This document shows, in pieces, positions 1-9,566 of a DNA stretch of 64,000 bases. Positions within the stretch are counted from its first letter, which is position 1. The number at the start of each line of letters is the position of its first letter. Position numbers and translations under genes: made by a program. The stretch is taken from NCBI GenBank assembly GCA_028279595.1, contig JANQNK010000008.1, positions 1 through 64,000 on the forward strand. The letters run 5' to 3'. The notes under the pieces are model-generated. The model saw nothing but the letters and a program-made list of their open reading frames with translations, did no database searches and was not told the DNA's origin. Source of the DNA: Thermoplasmatota archaeon (GTDB taxonomy: Archaea; Thermoplasmatota; JAKEGO01).

Positions 1-320
1 GCCATTGCGAGGTCGATGTCCTTCACCATGAAGCTGTCCATCGCCATCCCGTCAAGGTCGACGATGTCGCCATTGGTGTCGATATCGAACTTGCCCGTGC
101 TGACAGGTGCTCCATCGACTATCAGCCATCCCTCGTAATGGTCATCACCTGGATCGGCCAGACCGTCGAAGTCCAGCATCAGTTCCACGTCCGTCATTTC
201 CATCGAGCTCTGGGCGTCGGAGGTTCCCGCGAAGACGAACAACTGCGCTACCAGCATCACCATGATCGCCGCGGCCGTCGCTCCCTTCACGGGCCTTCCG
301 TTTCCATCGGTCCTTTTCAT
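1..320 (-). CDS. Exported protein, 3' end outside window; resembles the RskA-C/'anti-sigma factor'-annotated domain family
   Basis: Not in ORF track. Hand translation from ATG at 320: MKRTDGNGRPVKGATAAAIMVMLVAQLFVFAGTSDAQ...HYEGWLIVDGAPVSTGKFDID...; signal-peptide-like N-terminus; GGAAGTGAT RBS-like site upstream; frame open to window edge. Confidence 0.7.
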   Translation of the reverse strand, partial: MKRTDGNGRPVKGATAAAIMVMLVAQLFVFAGTSDAQSSMEMTDVELMLDFDGLADPGDDHYEGWLIVDGAPVSTGKFDIDTNGDIVDLDGMAMDSFMVKDIDLAM

Positions 321-433
321 AACATCACTTCCTTTCAAGTGCGGTCCATTCGATGTCATCCCCGTTGGGATTCCATCACCAATGTTCCGATGAGGGTGAC
401 TTTATTAACCGATTTTTCAATTTCTGTTCCTGT

Positions 434-455
434 TCTCACCCTAATCTCACCAGAA
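434..455. promoter_or_regulatory. 11-bp tandem direct repeat in divergent promoter, candidate operator
   Basis: TCTCACCCTAA TCTCACCAGAA between divergent genes; a GGAGTACTCC palindrome also lies at 495-504. Confidence 0.35.
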
Positions 456-526
456 TTCGGATTCAGGTATTTCGAGACAAATGTTATACCATAGGGAGTA
501 CTCCTACGAATGGACCGGAGACAGAT

Positions 527-808
527 ATGAGGCAGCTCCTATGGTACCTTCTCGCCGGGACGCGGGGAGGGTACAACAGGATAAAGATAATCGAGCAGAT
601 ATGCGAGAGGCCCTACAATGCGCATCAGCTCGCGGAGAACCTCGAATTGGACTACCGGACGGTACGCCACCATCTGGACGTACTCACGAAGAACAACGTC
701 CTGGTCCGACCGGAAGGCAAGTCCTACGGTTCCATGTACTTCCTGTCGGGAACGATGGAGCAGAACATGGAGACCTTCGACGATATCAAGAGCAAGGTGA
801 GGACGTGA
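527..808 (+). CDS. ArsR-like winged-helix transcriptional regulator (archaeal LWYLLAGTRGG type)
   Basis: MRQLLWYLLAGTRGGYNRIKII...PYNAHQLAENLELDYRTVRHHLDVL; start moved from 353 to ATG 527 (GGAG upstream). Confidence 0.85.
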   Translation: MRQLLWYLLAGTRGGYNRIKIIEQICERPYNAHQLAENLELDYRTVRHHLDVLTKNNVLVRPEGKSYGSMYFLSGTMEQNMETFDDIKSKVRT

Positions 809-875
809 TTATGAAGAGATTATGGTATACACATAAATACGAATTCCAGCCAGATATTACATGGAGGTATCGCGC

Positions 876-1160
876 ATGGGTCTAGTTACGACCGTCACGA
901 TCGGCCTCGCCGTGATCGGTGCGATCATAGCCACGGGTCTTCTGATGCTCTACTTCCAGAGCTACAAGAGGGTCCGTGCTCCCTTCACCATGTCCCTGAT
1001 CTTCGTCGCCCTGTTCATGATGCTCCAGAACGTCCTGTTCGTCTATACCTTCATTACGAACATGGAGAGCCTCACGGACCTCGTCATGACCTACATGGTC
1101 GTGATAACGGCGTTCGGCGACTTCGCCCTCGCACTCCTGTTCCTGAACTCGAGGAAGTGA
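876..1160 (+). CDS. Small 3-TM membrane protein
   Basis: Three hydrophobic segments; GGAGGT RBS at 863-868 favours ATG 876. Confidence 0.8.
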   Translation: MGLVTTVTIGLAVIGAIIATGLLMLYFQSYKRVRAPFTMSLIFVALFMMLQNVLFVYTFITNMESLTDLVMTYMVVITAFGDFALALLFLNSRK

Positions 1161-1161
1161 A

Positions 1162-1554
1162 TCAGTCCGGTAGTTCGTACAACTCTATCTTCCTGCCCTC
1201 AGGGTCCAGTATCGACGCGAATGTACCCTGCTGGTAGACCTGTGGCTCCATCAGGATGACCACACCCTTCCCCCTCAGTTCCTCGACCAGGTCCTTTACG
1301 CCCTCGACCCGGAAATTGATCATGTAGCTCTCCTTGCTCGGGTCCATGTAATCGGTGTCCTCGGGCATCAGGGAGAATACGGAGTATGCGTCGACGCCCT
1401 TCTTGTCGTCCATGATCACAGTGGCATTGGTCTCGTCGAACTCGAGTCCGAGCATCTCCTCGTACCATTTCCTTGTTGCATCCGGGTCCTTCGACCTTAC
1501 GAAGACGCCGCCGATCCCTTTCACTTGTCCCATGTGGGGGTGGATGGGGTCCAT
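1162..1554 (-). CDS. VOC/glyoxalase family protein
   Basis: GIGGVF..SKDP...WY, YMINFRV, FASILDPEGRKIELYE; start could be 1533. Confidence 0.88.
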   Translation of the reverse strand: MDPIHPHMGQVKGIGGVFVRSKDPDATRKWYEEMLGLEFDETNATVIMDDKKGVDAYSVFSLMPEDTDYMDPSKESYMINFRVEGVKDLVEELRGKGVVILMEPQVYQQGTFASILDPEGRKIELYELPD

Positions 1555-1581
1555 CGATATCTATGCTTCGCCTGAAGCAAT

Positions 1582-1642
1582 GAGGGGGCCGGCCGTCAAA
1601 ATGTGATGACGACTGCGGGTGATGCGGCGGCCGTCCCCCCTC
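1582..1642. terminator. Imperfect GC-rich inverted repeat directly after the giant gene's stop codon
   Basis: GAGGGGGCCGGCCGTC (1582-1597) versus GGCGGCCGTCCCCCCTC (1626-1642). Confidence 0.35.
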
Positions 1643-4600
1643 TCATTCATCGTGATCGGCTATGGATATCTCCGGCGAGATGTCCTCTGATGAGGTCACA
1701 GCGGCCGGTCCCGTCTCGGGAACTGGAGCCTCGGTGAAAGGGGGTGGCGGCGGCGCCTGGACGGGAAGGTACTCGTTACAGGCGTGGCAGTAGTGCCGTC
1801 CGTACTCGGGATAGTATATCGGCTCCCGTCCGCAGGTCGGGCACGTGATCGCAGGGGGAACGTACTCCGCGACCGGTCCCGGTGGAGAATCGGATGGCGG
1901 ACCCACAGTGCCTGTACCGGCTGCCATTTCCGCGCCCTTACCATTTCTCTTCCTGAGGGCTACCACGGTCAGAACGACCAGTACCAGTGCGAGCACACCG
2001 ATGATGGCCATGAACGATATGCCGGAATCCTTGCTGTCCGATCTCACAGATGGCTCCTCGATGACGGTCACCGTTTCCGACACTTGTTCGGACCAGAGCC
2101 CGTTCTGCGCCTGGACGCGGAAATGGATGATGTGCGTCCCCACGGACAGCCTGTCCGCCTTGCAGTGGACGGTCTCGGCCTCGCCGAGGACCCCGAAGTC
2201 ACCGGAACTCCACTCGTATGCGACTATGACGCCGTTCTCGCCGTCCCCGCGGAACGTGAATGTCCCGAAGTCGATCGTTGTCTCCTCGGGTGAGACGGAC
2301 TCGAGGACGGCGACCGGCACCCTGTTGTCCACATGGACGGTCACAGAGTCTAGTTGCGAGATCAGTCCTTCGTCGTCGATGGCCCTGGCATAGAATGTGT
2401 AATATCCCTTCTCCAGTCCGGCAAGGGCGATGTTGGCGGACCATGTCTCAGTCCCACTGGCGACCGTCGGGAACGCGAAACCGCCCTGCTCCGAGGATAT
2501 CTCGATCCGGTCCAGGGTGTTCTCGGGATCTGATGCCGTTCCGGTCATCTCGATGGCGTTAGCGAACGGACCGTCGCCGCTGTAGGGTAGCGAGATCGAG
2601 ATGGAGGGCCTGCGGAGGTCGGTGTTGTTGATGAACAGGTCGATGTACTCCGTCTCCGTGCCTCCCTCGTCGTCGACCGCCCTGACGGCGATGGTTATCA
2701 CTCCATCGGTATGTGCCGTTGTGTTCCAGAGGTAGCTCCAGTCGGACCAGTCGCCGTAGTCGTCGGTGCATTGCTCCCATGTTTCCCCGCCGATCCGTAT
2801 GGTGACGTCCTCCACGATTCCATCCACGTCCTCCGCGGTCCCGACGATCTCGATCAAGCCCTCGACGTTCTGTCCGTAGATCAGGTTCGTGAACTCGACG
2901 TCGGGCTCCTCGTTCGGGACGATCTGGATCACTTCCAGCCTGTAGTCCGTGTAGTTGACGAACGGGTCGTTGACACCGTCGTCGATGATGGCGTAAAGGT
3001 AGTATTTCCCTTCGGGGACGTCGGTCACGTCCCAGTCATATTCGTCAACGCCGTCCTCGCCGATCCCGGATACGATCTCCGCCTCCTCGGTCTCGTTTCC
3101 GTCACCGTACTCGGTGTTCGTGTCCCTGTAGAATGATATCGTGGCATTGTCGTCAGGGTCGTGGTCGGACCATTCGATCGTGAAGATGTTATCATCCTCG
3201 AGGTCGATCTCGTCCTTCCCGTCCATCAGCACGGTGAATCCGAGGGTGGGTGTTACGTTAACGATCGAGACGTTGAGCTCCCATATCCTGGACGCCTGAC
3301 CCCGTGCGTCGGTCGCCCTGACGTGGACCCGGTGGAATCCGAGACCGTACTGGCGCGTCCTCCAGTGAGCCTCGAAGGACCAGTTGTTCCAGGCAACCTT
3401 GGTCATCTGGAGCTCCAGGACCTCGTCGAGCTCGGGGTCGTCGATGGAACACTCGATGGTGTCGATCTCGTCGTCCTCGTCGATGACGTATCCGGCAATG
3501 GTCACATTGCCGCGCACATCCTCCTTCTCGCCCGGATCCGTGTAGGTCACCAGGGGCCTGAAGTTCTCGTTCTCGATCGTGATGTTGATGTAGGAGGTGT
3601 TGGAGAAATCACCGTTCGAGCTCGCTGACTTGGCGTGGACCGTGTAGTTCCCGTCCTCGTACTCCGAGGAGTTCCACGGGAACTCCCATTCGGCGTATGG
3701 ATCGCCCGAACTGGTATCATCGGCGTCCATCCAGTCGCCGGAGACAGGGTCCTCTCCGACGGGCATTATGGCTATCCTGACACCGTCGATCTCGTCGGTC
3801 CAGTCCTCGTCCTCGGCAGTACCCCTCATGGTATGGTGGCCCGATATCTCGTCACCGTCCTCGGGCCTCTCGACGTCGATCACCGGCAGGTCCTGGTAGA
3901 TGACGATGGCGTCGTGCACGTCGACCTCCGACCATTCATCGCCGTCATTGGCCCGTGCGTGGATCGTGTAGTTGCCCTCCTCCTCCTCGGAGGCGTTCCA
4001 GTCTATCCTCCATTGGTCCCAGTCCCCGTCATCGGATGTGTCCTCGGCCTCGACCCAATCTCCCGGACCGGGGGTCTGGCCCTCCTCCATGATGGCGACC
4101 TCGACGGTCGTGACGTTGTCCCTGGAATCGGGGTCGCTCGCCCGGCCTCGGACCCTTATGTCCTCGTCGACCACTTCACCGTCGTCGGGGTTCGTGATCC
4201 TGACGTCGGGCCTCTCGTTCAGGTAGAGCTCGATGATCTCCGTGAGCGGACCGGCCATGTCGACGCTCACGGTCTCTTCTGTGTCGCCGACAGCGACCGT
4301 GATATCAGTGACGTTCTGGGTCGCGCTGTCGCTTCCGTTGTAGATACGGTCGGTCACGAGTACTGGTTCGATCCATCCGGACGAGTTGGTCCGATCGTCA
4401 CTGCCTCCCCATCTGGTTGTGGAATATACGGCCTGGCCTTCGTCCTCGATGAGGACGTGGGCTCCGTCCACGGGATCGTCATACTGGTCGATCGCACCGA
4501 CGTGAAGGTGGTTCCTTACGATGACACGCGCAGGCGATGTGCAATCGACGTCGCTGGCTCCGAAGGTGGCGTTGATCGTGATGATCGTGCTCGTCGAGGT

Positions 4601-7600
4601 CGCGATCAGGTCGTCCCCGTTGAGGCTGTCGATGACCGTGTCCTCGACGACCATGCGACCGCTGGAAAGAGAGATCCCGTCGTCGTTCCCGTCGAGGCCG
4701 CAATCCAGGATGGATACCTTCCTCGAGTTTCCTCCCGCGGAGATGCCCTCTGCCACGGAGTCATCGATGTCGCACTCCTCGATCTCCACCTGGACGGTGT
4801 CGTAGAGGTAGACGCCGATGTCGTTGAAGGTGATCTCGCTCCGTAGGAACTTCAGGTCCGAGGACCCTATGGCCCGAAGGCCGTGGACGTCGTTGGAACC
4901 GAGCACGCAGTCCTTGATCGTGACCTGCTCGGAGTCGAGGATCGACACGCCGATGTCATTGTCCTCGGTCTGGACACTGGATATTACCACTCCGTCCGAG
5001 ACCTCCACGTGAATGCCTCTGCTGCAGTCGTCCACCTCGACGTCCCTGATCACGGTGTCGGACGTGTCGTTGATCCATATTCCCGAATCCGAGGGGCTGT
5101 GTCCCGAGTCCGTGATCCTGAAACCATCGATGGTGACGAGGGTCGATCTGACAGTGAACACCGTCCCGGAGCCGCCTCCGTCGACGATCGATGCATCCGT
5201 CCCGTTCCCGATGATCCACAGCTGTTCGATGTCCACCACGGGGTTCTCGTGATAGTTCCCATCGAAGACCCGGATGGAGAACTCCTCCGATGAGTTGTCG
5301 ACGGCCCTCTGTATCGTATCGTATGGATTGGTGACGGTCCCGTTCATCAGCGGGTCACCGGCATTGTCGTCGTCGACGTACAGGACCGTGAGGTTCCTGA
5401 CGATCGGCCACCTGTCCTCGGCGTCCTCGTGGCCGTCGATCGGGTACGGAGTGTCCCCGATCCCATCATCGTCGTCGTCGAAGCCCTCGTAATCGGACCA
5501 GATGTTCCCGCTGCTGGAGTTGTCGTCCCAGTAGTTGTTGTCGGCGTTGTCGAAGCCCTGCGATGAGTGGTTCCCGTTCGATGTGAACGTGTTCCCGTAG
5601 ATGTTGTTGTACTCGCTGACAGACCACTGGTTCTCAGTGTGGATGTACAGACCGTAGCCGTCATTGTTCGATATCTGATTGCCGGTGATGTTGTTCCGGC
5701 TGCTCGTGAACAGTGTGATGCCGGTCTGGCCATTGTCCATGACGGTATTCCCGGTGACATTGACGTAGTCGGCGTTCTGGACCATTACTCCGTGCTCGGT
5801 GTTGTTGTGGATCAGGTTGTTCTCGATAACAGCGTTCCCGTCCGACCAGATCGTGATCCCGCTGGACGTCCCGTCGGCGATGACATTGTCCCAGACCCTG
5901 CCCTGGAATATTCCGAGCTTGAGAACGGCGAAGATGTGGTTGCTGCCGCTCAGGTCGCAATCCGATATGAATATCCCGTTCTCCGAAAATAATCCACCGA
6001 GTGCCGATATCGCACCGAAACCGTTGCCGTGGCTCGTGACGTTGTCTATGCGGGCGCCGTCGACGAAGGAGGCGTCGAGGCCGAAGTTCGTGTTCGACCA
6101 GAACTGGCAGTCGGAAACGTCGACGTCGAGGCCCGATGACAGGAGGATGCCGCTCTGGGCCGAATTACTGGCGTTGATACGCTCGAAGGACAGGTGCTCG
6201 TCCATCATCGACTGGATCCCGGACCCACCCAGGGTGTCAGTGACATCGATGTCGACGAAGGTCAGGTTCTCGGAGGCTATGATGTTGATCCCAGTACCCC
6301 ATGGGCCGTTCAGGTCGAGATCGCTCACAGTGATGTTGTCCGACACGGCAATGGTGATGGGCTGGAAGGTGTCCTCGTATGTCATGGAGGATATGTCCCC
6401 CTGCGAGCAGTTGATGAGGATGATCTGGCCATAGCCGGAGGGTACCGTACCCAGACTGGACTCATTCACGAAGAGACCGAGGGGACGGCGGTTCACCGTG
6501 ACGTCGCTGATGTCGTGGGAGGTCCACGATGCAAGGTTCCCGTAGTAGTCACCGACTATCGAGACACCGGCTCCGGTGATCGTGACGTTCTCGATGATCG
6601 AACCCATCGAACCCCCGATGTTCAATCCGCCCTCGTGGAAGTTCCTGTAGATCGGGATGCAGTCCCAGAGCTCGACGTTCCTGACCGTCGAACTTGCTCC
6701 GGCCAGGTCAATGCCCGTGGTGTTCGATATCGTACAGTTCTCGATGGTGACGTTCGTTGGCCTCCAGAGACGTATCCCGGCGATCCGATGCTTCCTGACC
6801 GCGTCGAGCTGACCGGATATCGTACAGTTGTCGATGGTCACGTTGTTTGTGGGATATCCCACGATGATGCCCATCTTGTTGGACTCGAGGGTGCAGTTGG
6901 TGATCCTGACGTTCTCGCCCCAAGCTCCGAGACCGATGCCCACCGAGCTGTTCGATACCAGGGTGTCCTTGATCAGCGCATTGATCGGGGCGGAGACCGA
7001 GAGGCCCTCGCCCGCGTCAAGTTCGCTTCCGCTGATGGTCAGGTTGTCGCCGTAGGAACAATATATCCCGGCTCCTTTCGATCTGAGGCCCGAAACCGTC
7101 GCATTGTCCGTCCACAGGAGCGAGAGACCGGCGCCCTCCTTGAGCGTATAGTCCTTTATTTCGACCCATGAACAGTTGGCGATGATGAGCTGGGCCACGT
7201 CCGAGGGTATCGCAGGATCGGTCTCGTTCTTGATGAATATGATCGGGTCGCCGTCGACCAGGTTGTCGTCGTAGATAGTGTGGCTGATCGTCTCGTTCTT
7301 GATGTAGCTTGAGAGTCCGATACCGCCGGCGACGAAGGTGTTCTCCTTCATGGTCACATTGTATCCCCGACCGATCGATATGTATCCCCTCGGCTCCTTG
7401 AACTCGTTCTTCATTATCCAGGCCCTCTCGATGTTGGTCATACCGACCCCGCCGCCGTTGAACCGGTTCTTCCAGATGGTGAGCCTCCGGCACTCCACAC
7501 CCATCCCGATACTTGAATTGGCATCCTTGAACCGGTTGTATGCTATGAATATCCCGCTGGCCCTGTCATAAGCGATGGTGGACCTATGGAAATTGTTGCT

Positions 7601-8113
7601 GATGACCCTGGCGTCACCGGTCCCGTCACTGTAGAGGCCGGTCCGCCAGAAGGTGTTGTTGTCGAGGTCGTAGCCACCGGCGAAGTGAACGAAGATGGAT
7701 CCCGTGTGGAACGTGCAGTTGTCTATCCTGTTGCTGCCCATCAGCCTCGGCATCATCGGACCGACGTGCCCGTCGATCCTTCCCATCGTCACGTTCATGC
7801 GTGAGAAGCGTCCGTCCGACACGAAGTCTATCGCGAATCCCTCGTAAACACAGTGTATACGGGACTTGTGGGACCCGTTCCCGATAACTGACACGGATTT
7901 CGTGTGGTTCAGGTTCTCGACGTACACGCCGTCGTAGACGCGTATCAGATCGTCCTCCTCGGCATCGTCCATTGCCTCCTGTATGCTGTCATGGGTGGCC
8001 CACCATCCCGAGTCGTCATCGACGACGTGGGTGACGGCGGAGACCGTCTGTCCGATCACAACGATCGCAAGCAATGCCAGGCAGATCGTCATCAACATTA
8101 TGCTAGCCTTCAA
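1643..8113 (-). CDS. Giant cell-surface protein: NosD-like beta-helices, Ig-like repeats, TM, Pro-rich tail with Tyr-rich zinc finger
   Basis: TTG at 8113 preceded by GAGGGGG gives signal peptide MKASIMLMTICLALLAIVVIGQTVSA; parallel beta-helix repeats; GNIWSDYEGFDDDDDGIGDTPY cap; repeated P.V.I..P.DG..V.G units; TM then RKRNGK; CPTCG..YCHAC. Confidence 0.85.
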   Translation of the reverse strand: MKASIMLMTICLALLAIVVIGQTVSAVTHVVDDDSGWWATHDSIQEAMDDAEEDDLIRVYDGVYVENLNHTKSVSVIGNGSHKSRIHCVYEGFAIDFVSDGRFSRMNVTMGRIDGHVGPMMPRLMGSNRIDNCTFHTGSIFVHFAGGYDLDNNTFWRTGLYSDGTGDARVISNNFHRSTIAYDRASGIFIAYNRFKDANSSIGMGVECRRLTIWKNRFNGGGVGMTNIERAWIMKNEFKEPRGYISIGRGYNVTMKENTFVAGGIGLSSYIKNETISHTIYDDNLVDGDPIIFIKNETDPAIPSDVAQLIIANCSWVEIKDYTLKEGAGLSLLWTDNATVSGLRSKGAGIYCSYGDNLTISGSELDAGEGLSVSAPINALIKDTLVSNSSVGIGLGAWGENVRITNCTLESNKMGIIVGYPTNNVTIDNCTISGQLDAVRKHRIAGIRLWRPTNVTIENCTISNTTGIDLAGASSTVRNVELWDCIPIYRNFHEGGLNIGGSMGSIIENVTITGAGVSIVGDYYGNLASWTSHDISDVTVNRRPLGLFVNESSLGTVPSGYGQIILINCSQGDISSMTYEDTFQPITIAVSDNITVSDLDLNGPWGTGINIIASENLTFVDIDVTDTLGGSGIQSMMDEHLSFERINASNSAQSGILLSSGLDVDVSDCQFWSNTNFGLDASFVDGARIDNVTSHGNGFGAISALGGLFSENGIFISDCDLSGSNHIFAVLKLGIFQGRVWDNVIADGTSSGITIWSDGNAVIENNLIHNNTEHGVMVQNADYVNVTGNTVMDNGQTGITLFTSSRNNITGNQISNNDGYGLYIHTENQWSVSEYNNIYGNTFTSNGNHSSQGFDNADNNYWDDNSSSGNIWSDYEGFDDDDDGIGDTPYPIDGHEDAEDRWPIVRNLTVLYVDDDNAGDPLMNGTVTNPYDTIQRAVDNSSEEFSIRVFDGNYHENPVVDIEQLWIIGNGTDASIVDGGGSGTVFTVRSTLVTIDGFRITDSGHSPSDSGIWINDTSDTVIRDVEVDDCSRGIHVEVSDGVVISSVQTEDNDIGVSILDSEQVTIKDCVLGSNDVHGLRAIGSSDLKFLRSEITFNDIGVYLYDTVQVEIEECDIDDSVAEGISAGGNSRKVSILDCGLDGNDDGISLSSGRMVVEDTVIDSLNGDDLIATSTSTIITINATFGASDVDCTSPARVIVRNHLHVGAIDQYDDPVDGAHVLIEDEGQAVYSTTRWGGSDDRTNSSGWIEPVLVTDRIYNGSDSATQNVTDITVAVGDTEETVSVDMAGPLTEIIELYLNERPDVRITNPDDGEVVDEDIRVRGRASDPDSRDNVTTVEVAIMEEGQTPGPGDWVEAEDTSDDGDWDQWRIDWNASEEEEGNYTIHARANDGDEWSEVDVHDAIVIYQDLPVIDVERPEDGDEISGHHTMRGTAEDEDWTDEIDGVRIAIMPVGEDPVSGDWMDADDTSSGDPYAEWEFPWNSSEYEDGNYTVHAKSASSNGDFSNTSYINITIENENFRPLVTYTDPGEKEDVRGNVTIAGYVIDEDDEIDTIECSIDDPELDEVLELQMTKVAWNNWSFEAHWRTRQYGLGFHRVHVRATDARGQASRIWELNVSIVNVTPTLGFTVLMDGKDEIDLEDDNIFTIEWSDHDPDDNATISFYRDTNTEYGDGNETEEAEIVSGIGEDGVDEYDWDVTDVPEGKYYLYAIIDDGVNDPFVNYTDYRLEVIQIVPNEEPDVEFTNLIYGQNVEGLIEIVGTAEDVDGIVEDVTIRIGGETWEQCTDDYGDWSDWSYLWNTTAHTDGVITIAVRAVDDEGGTETEYIDLFINNTDLRRPSISISLPYSGDGPFANAIEMTGTASDPENTLDRIEISSEQGGFAFPTVASGTETWSANIALAGLEKGYYTFYARAIDDEGLISQLDSVTVHVDNRVPVAVLESVSPEETTIDFGTFTFRGDGENGVIVAYEWSSGDFGVLGEAETVHCKADRLSVGTHIIHFRVQAQNGLWSEQVSETVTVIEEPSVRSDSKDSGISFMAIIGVLALVLVVLTVVALRKRNGKGAEMAAGTGTVGPPSDSPPGPVAEYVPPAITCPTCGREPIYYPEYGRHYCHACNEYLPVQAPPPPPFTEAPVPETGPAAVTSSEDISPEISIADHDE

Positions 8114-8183
8114 TCTCGATTCCCCCTCTGTTCGATCCACGACATCGGGTTCTCCACAAATGACGCTGAAAACAAGTGCGGAA

Positions 8184-8840
8184 TCAATCCGCATCACCTC
8201 TCCCGTCGTCCTCGAGGACCACTCCCTGGACGAGGCATTCCCGCAGGCCGCCCTCCTCGACACCCAGTATCCTCTCCAGAAGCTGACAGTTCAGCCTGAC
8301 GTAGTCCTTCCCAGGGTCGGAAAGGTCGTAGCCCCTGAGCTTCTCCCGGGGAGTGAAAAAGGTGGTTCCGAGAACGGACAGGGCTGCCGCGAATGTGTCC
8401 GGTACATCGAAAACGCCCTCCGAGACCCCCTGGTCTATGATCGTCATGAAGTTGGGTACGAACATCTGCGCCAGACCGTCGTCGAAGCGGGCGTGCAGTA
8501 GGACGTTGCCGTCGGCGTAGAGGCAGCTCCAGAGCTCCTTCTTCTCGAAGGCGATCTCCCAGAAGTACTGGAATATCCTGTTGAGCTTGACGATAGCGGA
8601 CATGTCCTCGTCCCCGGCGATCCCCTCCACCCTCCGGGATATCTCGTCCAGGTTCGCCGCGACGATCTCGTCGATCAAGTCGTTCTTCGATTCGAAATGG
8701 TAGAAGAACGTACCCTTCGCGACACCCATCTTGTTAGTGATGCTCTCGACGCTCATCCCATCGAAACCCTGTTCGATGAGAAGCTCCTCGGCGGTCGATA
8801 TCAACCTCGACCGTGTCAGTGCTTTCCTGTCGGTCGACAC
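8184..8840 (-). CDS. TetR/AcrR family transcriptional regulator
   Basis: AEELLIEQGFDGMSVESITNKMGVAKGTFFYHFESKNDL; GTG 8840 with GAGGGG RBS preferred over 8945. Confidence 0.9.
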   Translation of the reverse strand: MSTDRKALTRSRLISTAEELLIEQGFDGMSVESITNKMGVAKGTFFYHFESKNDLIDEIVAANLDEISRRVEGIAGDEDMSAIVKLNRIFQYFWEIAFEKKELWSCLYADGNVLLHARFDDGLAQMFVPNFMTIIDQGVSEGVFDVPDTFAAALSVLGTTFFTPREKLRGYDLSDPGKDYVRLNCQLLERILGVEEGGLRECLVQGVVLEDDGRGDAD

Positions 8841-8857
8841 ATCGTTCCCCTCTACCG

Positions 8858-8899
8858 ACTGACCGTCGGTCAGTATTTCCGGCGTTTCAAGATATTTAA
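8858..8899 (-). promoter_or_regulatory. TetR promoter: TATA box plus palindromic operator
   Basis: Perfect ACTGACCG-T-CGGTCAGT at 8858-8874, downstream of TTAAATAT (8899-8892, minus strand). Confidence 0.7.
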
Positions 8900-8960
8900 G
8901 TATTTTGGTAACTACGGTACGGTTTTCGGCAGAATCGGTCTCCACCGATATCTAAGGATC

Positions 8961-9566
8961 CTACCGCTGATACGGCCCTCCGACAGGCCCCTGCTCCTGA
9001 TATCGCATCATGGATTCCCGCTTGATCCGGTTCAATGCCTTGATGTGACCGATCCCGGCCGGTATCATCAGGATCGCTGCGAATATCGGGATCACATTCC
9101 CACCGAAATAGTATGAGTCATCGTCATCGTCACCCCAATCACCTTCGTCCGAGGCCTCGTCGAGCTCCCCGATGTTCACAAAGAACAACCCGGTGATTAT
9201 CAGGATCAATACGGCGATGAGCGGTACCGCCGCACCAGCCCATGCGAACTCCATCCCGAAACCGAGACGGTAGAGTATGATGCCGAAAAGACCGATCACG
9301 GACAGAAGGACGGACAGGAGGAACAGCGTTCCGATCTGCTCCAGATTGTCTGCCATGTCATCGATCTCCTTCGGAGAGAACCCCGAAGCGCTGGCGATGA
9401 TCGTCGCGTCATTGGAATAGTTCGTGTAATCGGGGTCGTAGTCGAAGTACGGGCTCGTCTCCCCATCGACGGTGTAGGCCACCCACGGCAGGAGCGGCAT
9501 CGTGACGCTTCCTATGACGCTGAGTATGACCAGGAGGTACGCATTCCTCGTGAGCGGGTCGCGCAT
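8961..9566 (-). CDS. 4-TM membrane protein ('LPW' family)
   Basis: Four hydrophobic segments, MPLLPW after TM1; TGATG overlap with upstream gene. Confidence 0.8.
   Translation of the reverse strand: MRDPLTRNAYLLVILSVIGSVTMPLLPWVAYTVDGETSPYFDYDPDYTNYSNDATIIASASGFSPKEIDDMADNLEQIGTLFLLSVLLSVIGLFGIILYRLGFGMEFAWAGAAVPLIAVLILIITGLFFVNIGELDEASDEGDWGDDDDDSYYFGGNVIPIFAAILMIPAGIGHIKALNRIKRESMMRYQEQGPVGGPYQR

Noticed and set aside
8114-8263. N-terminal extension of the 2206-aa track ORF
   Set aside because: Overlaps tetR; TTG 8113 has an RBS and gives a clean signal peptide
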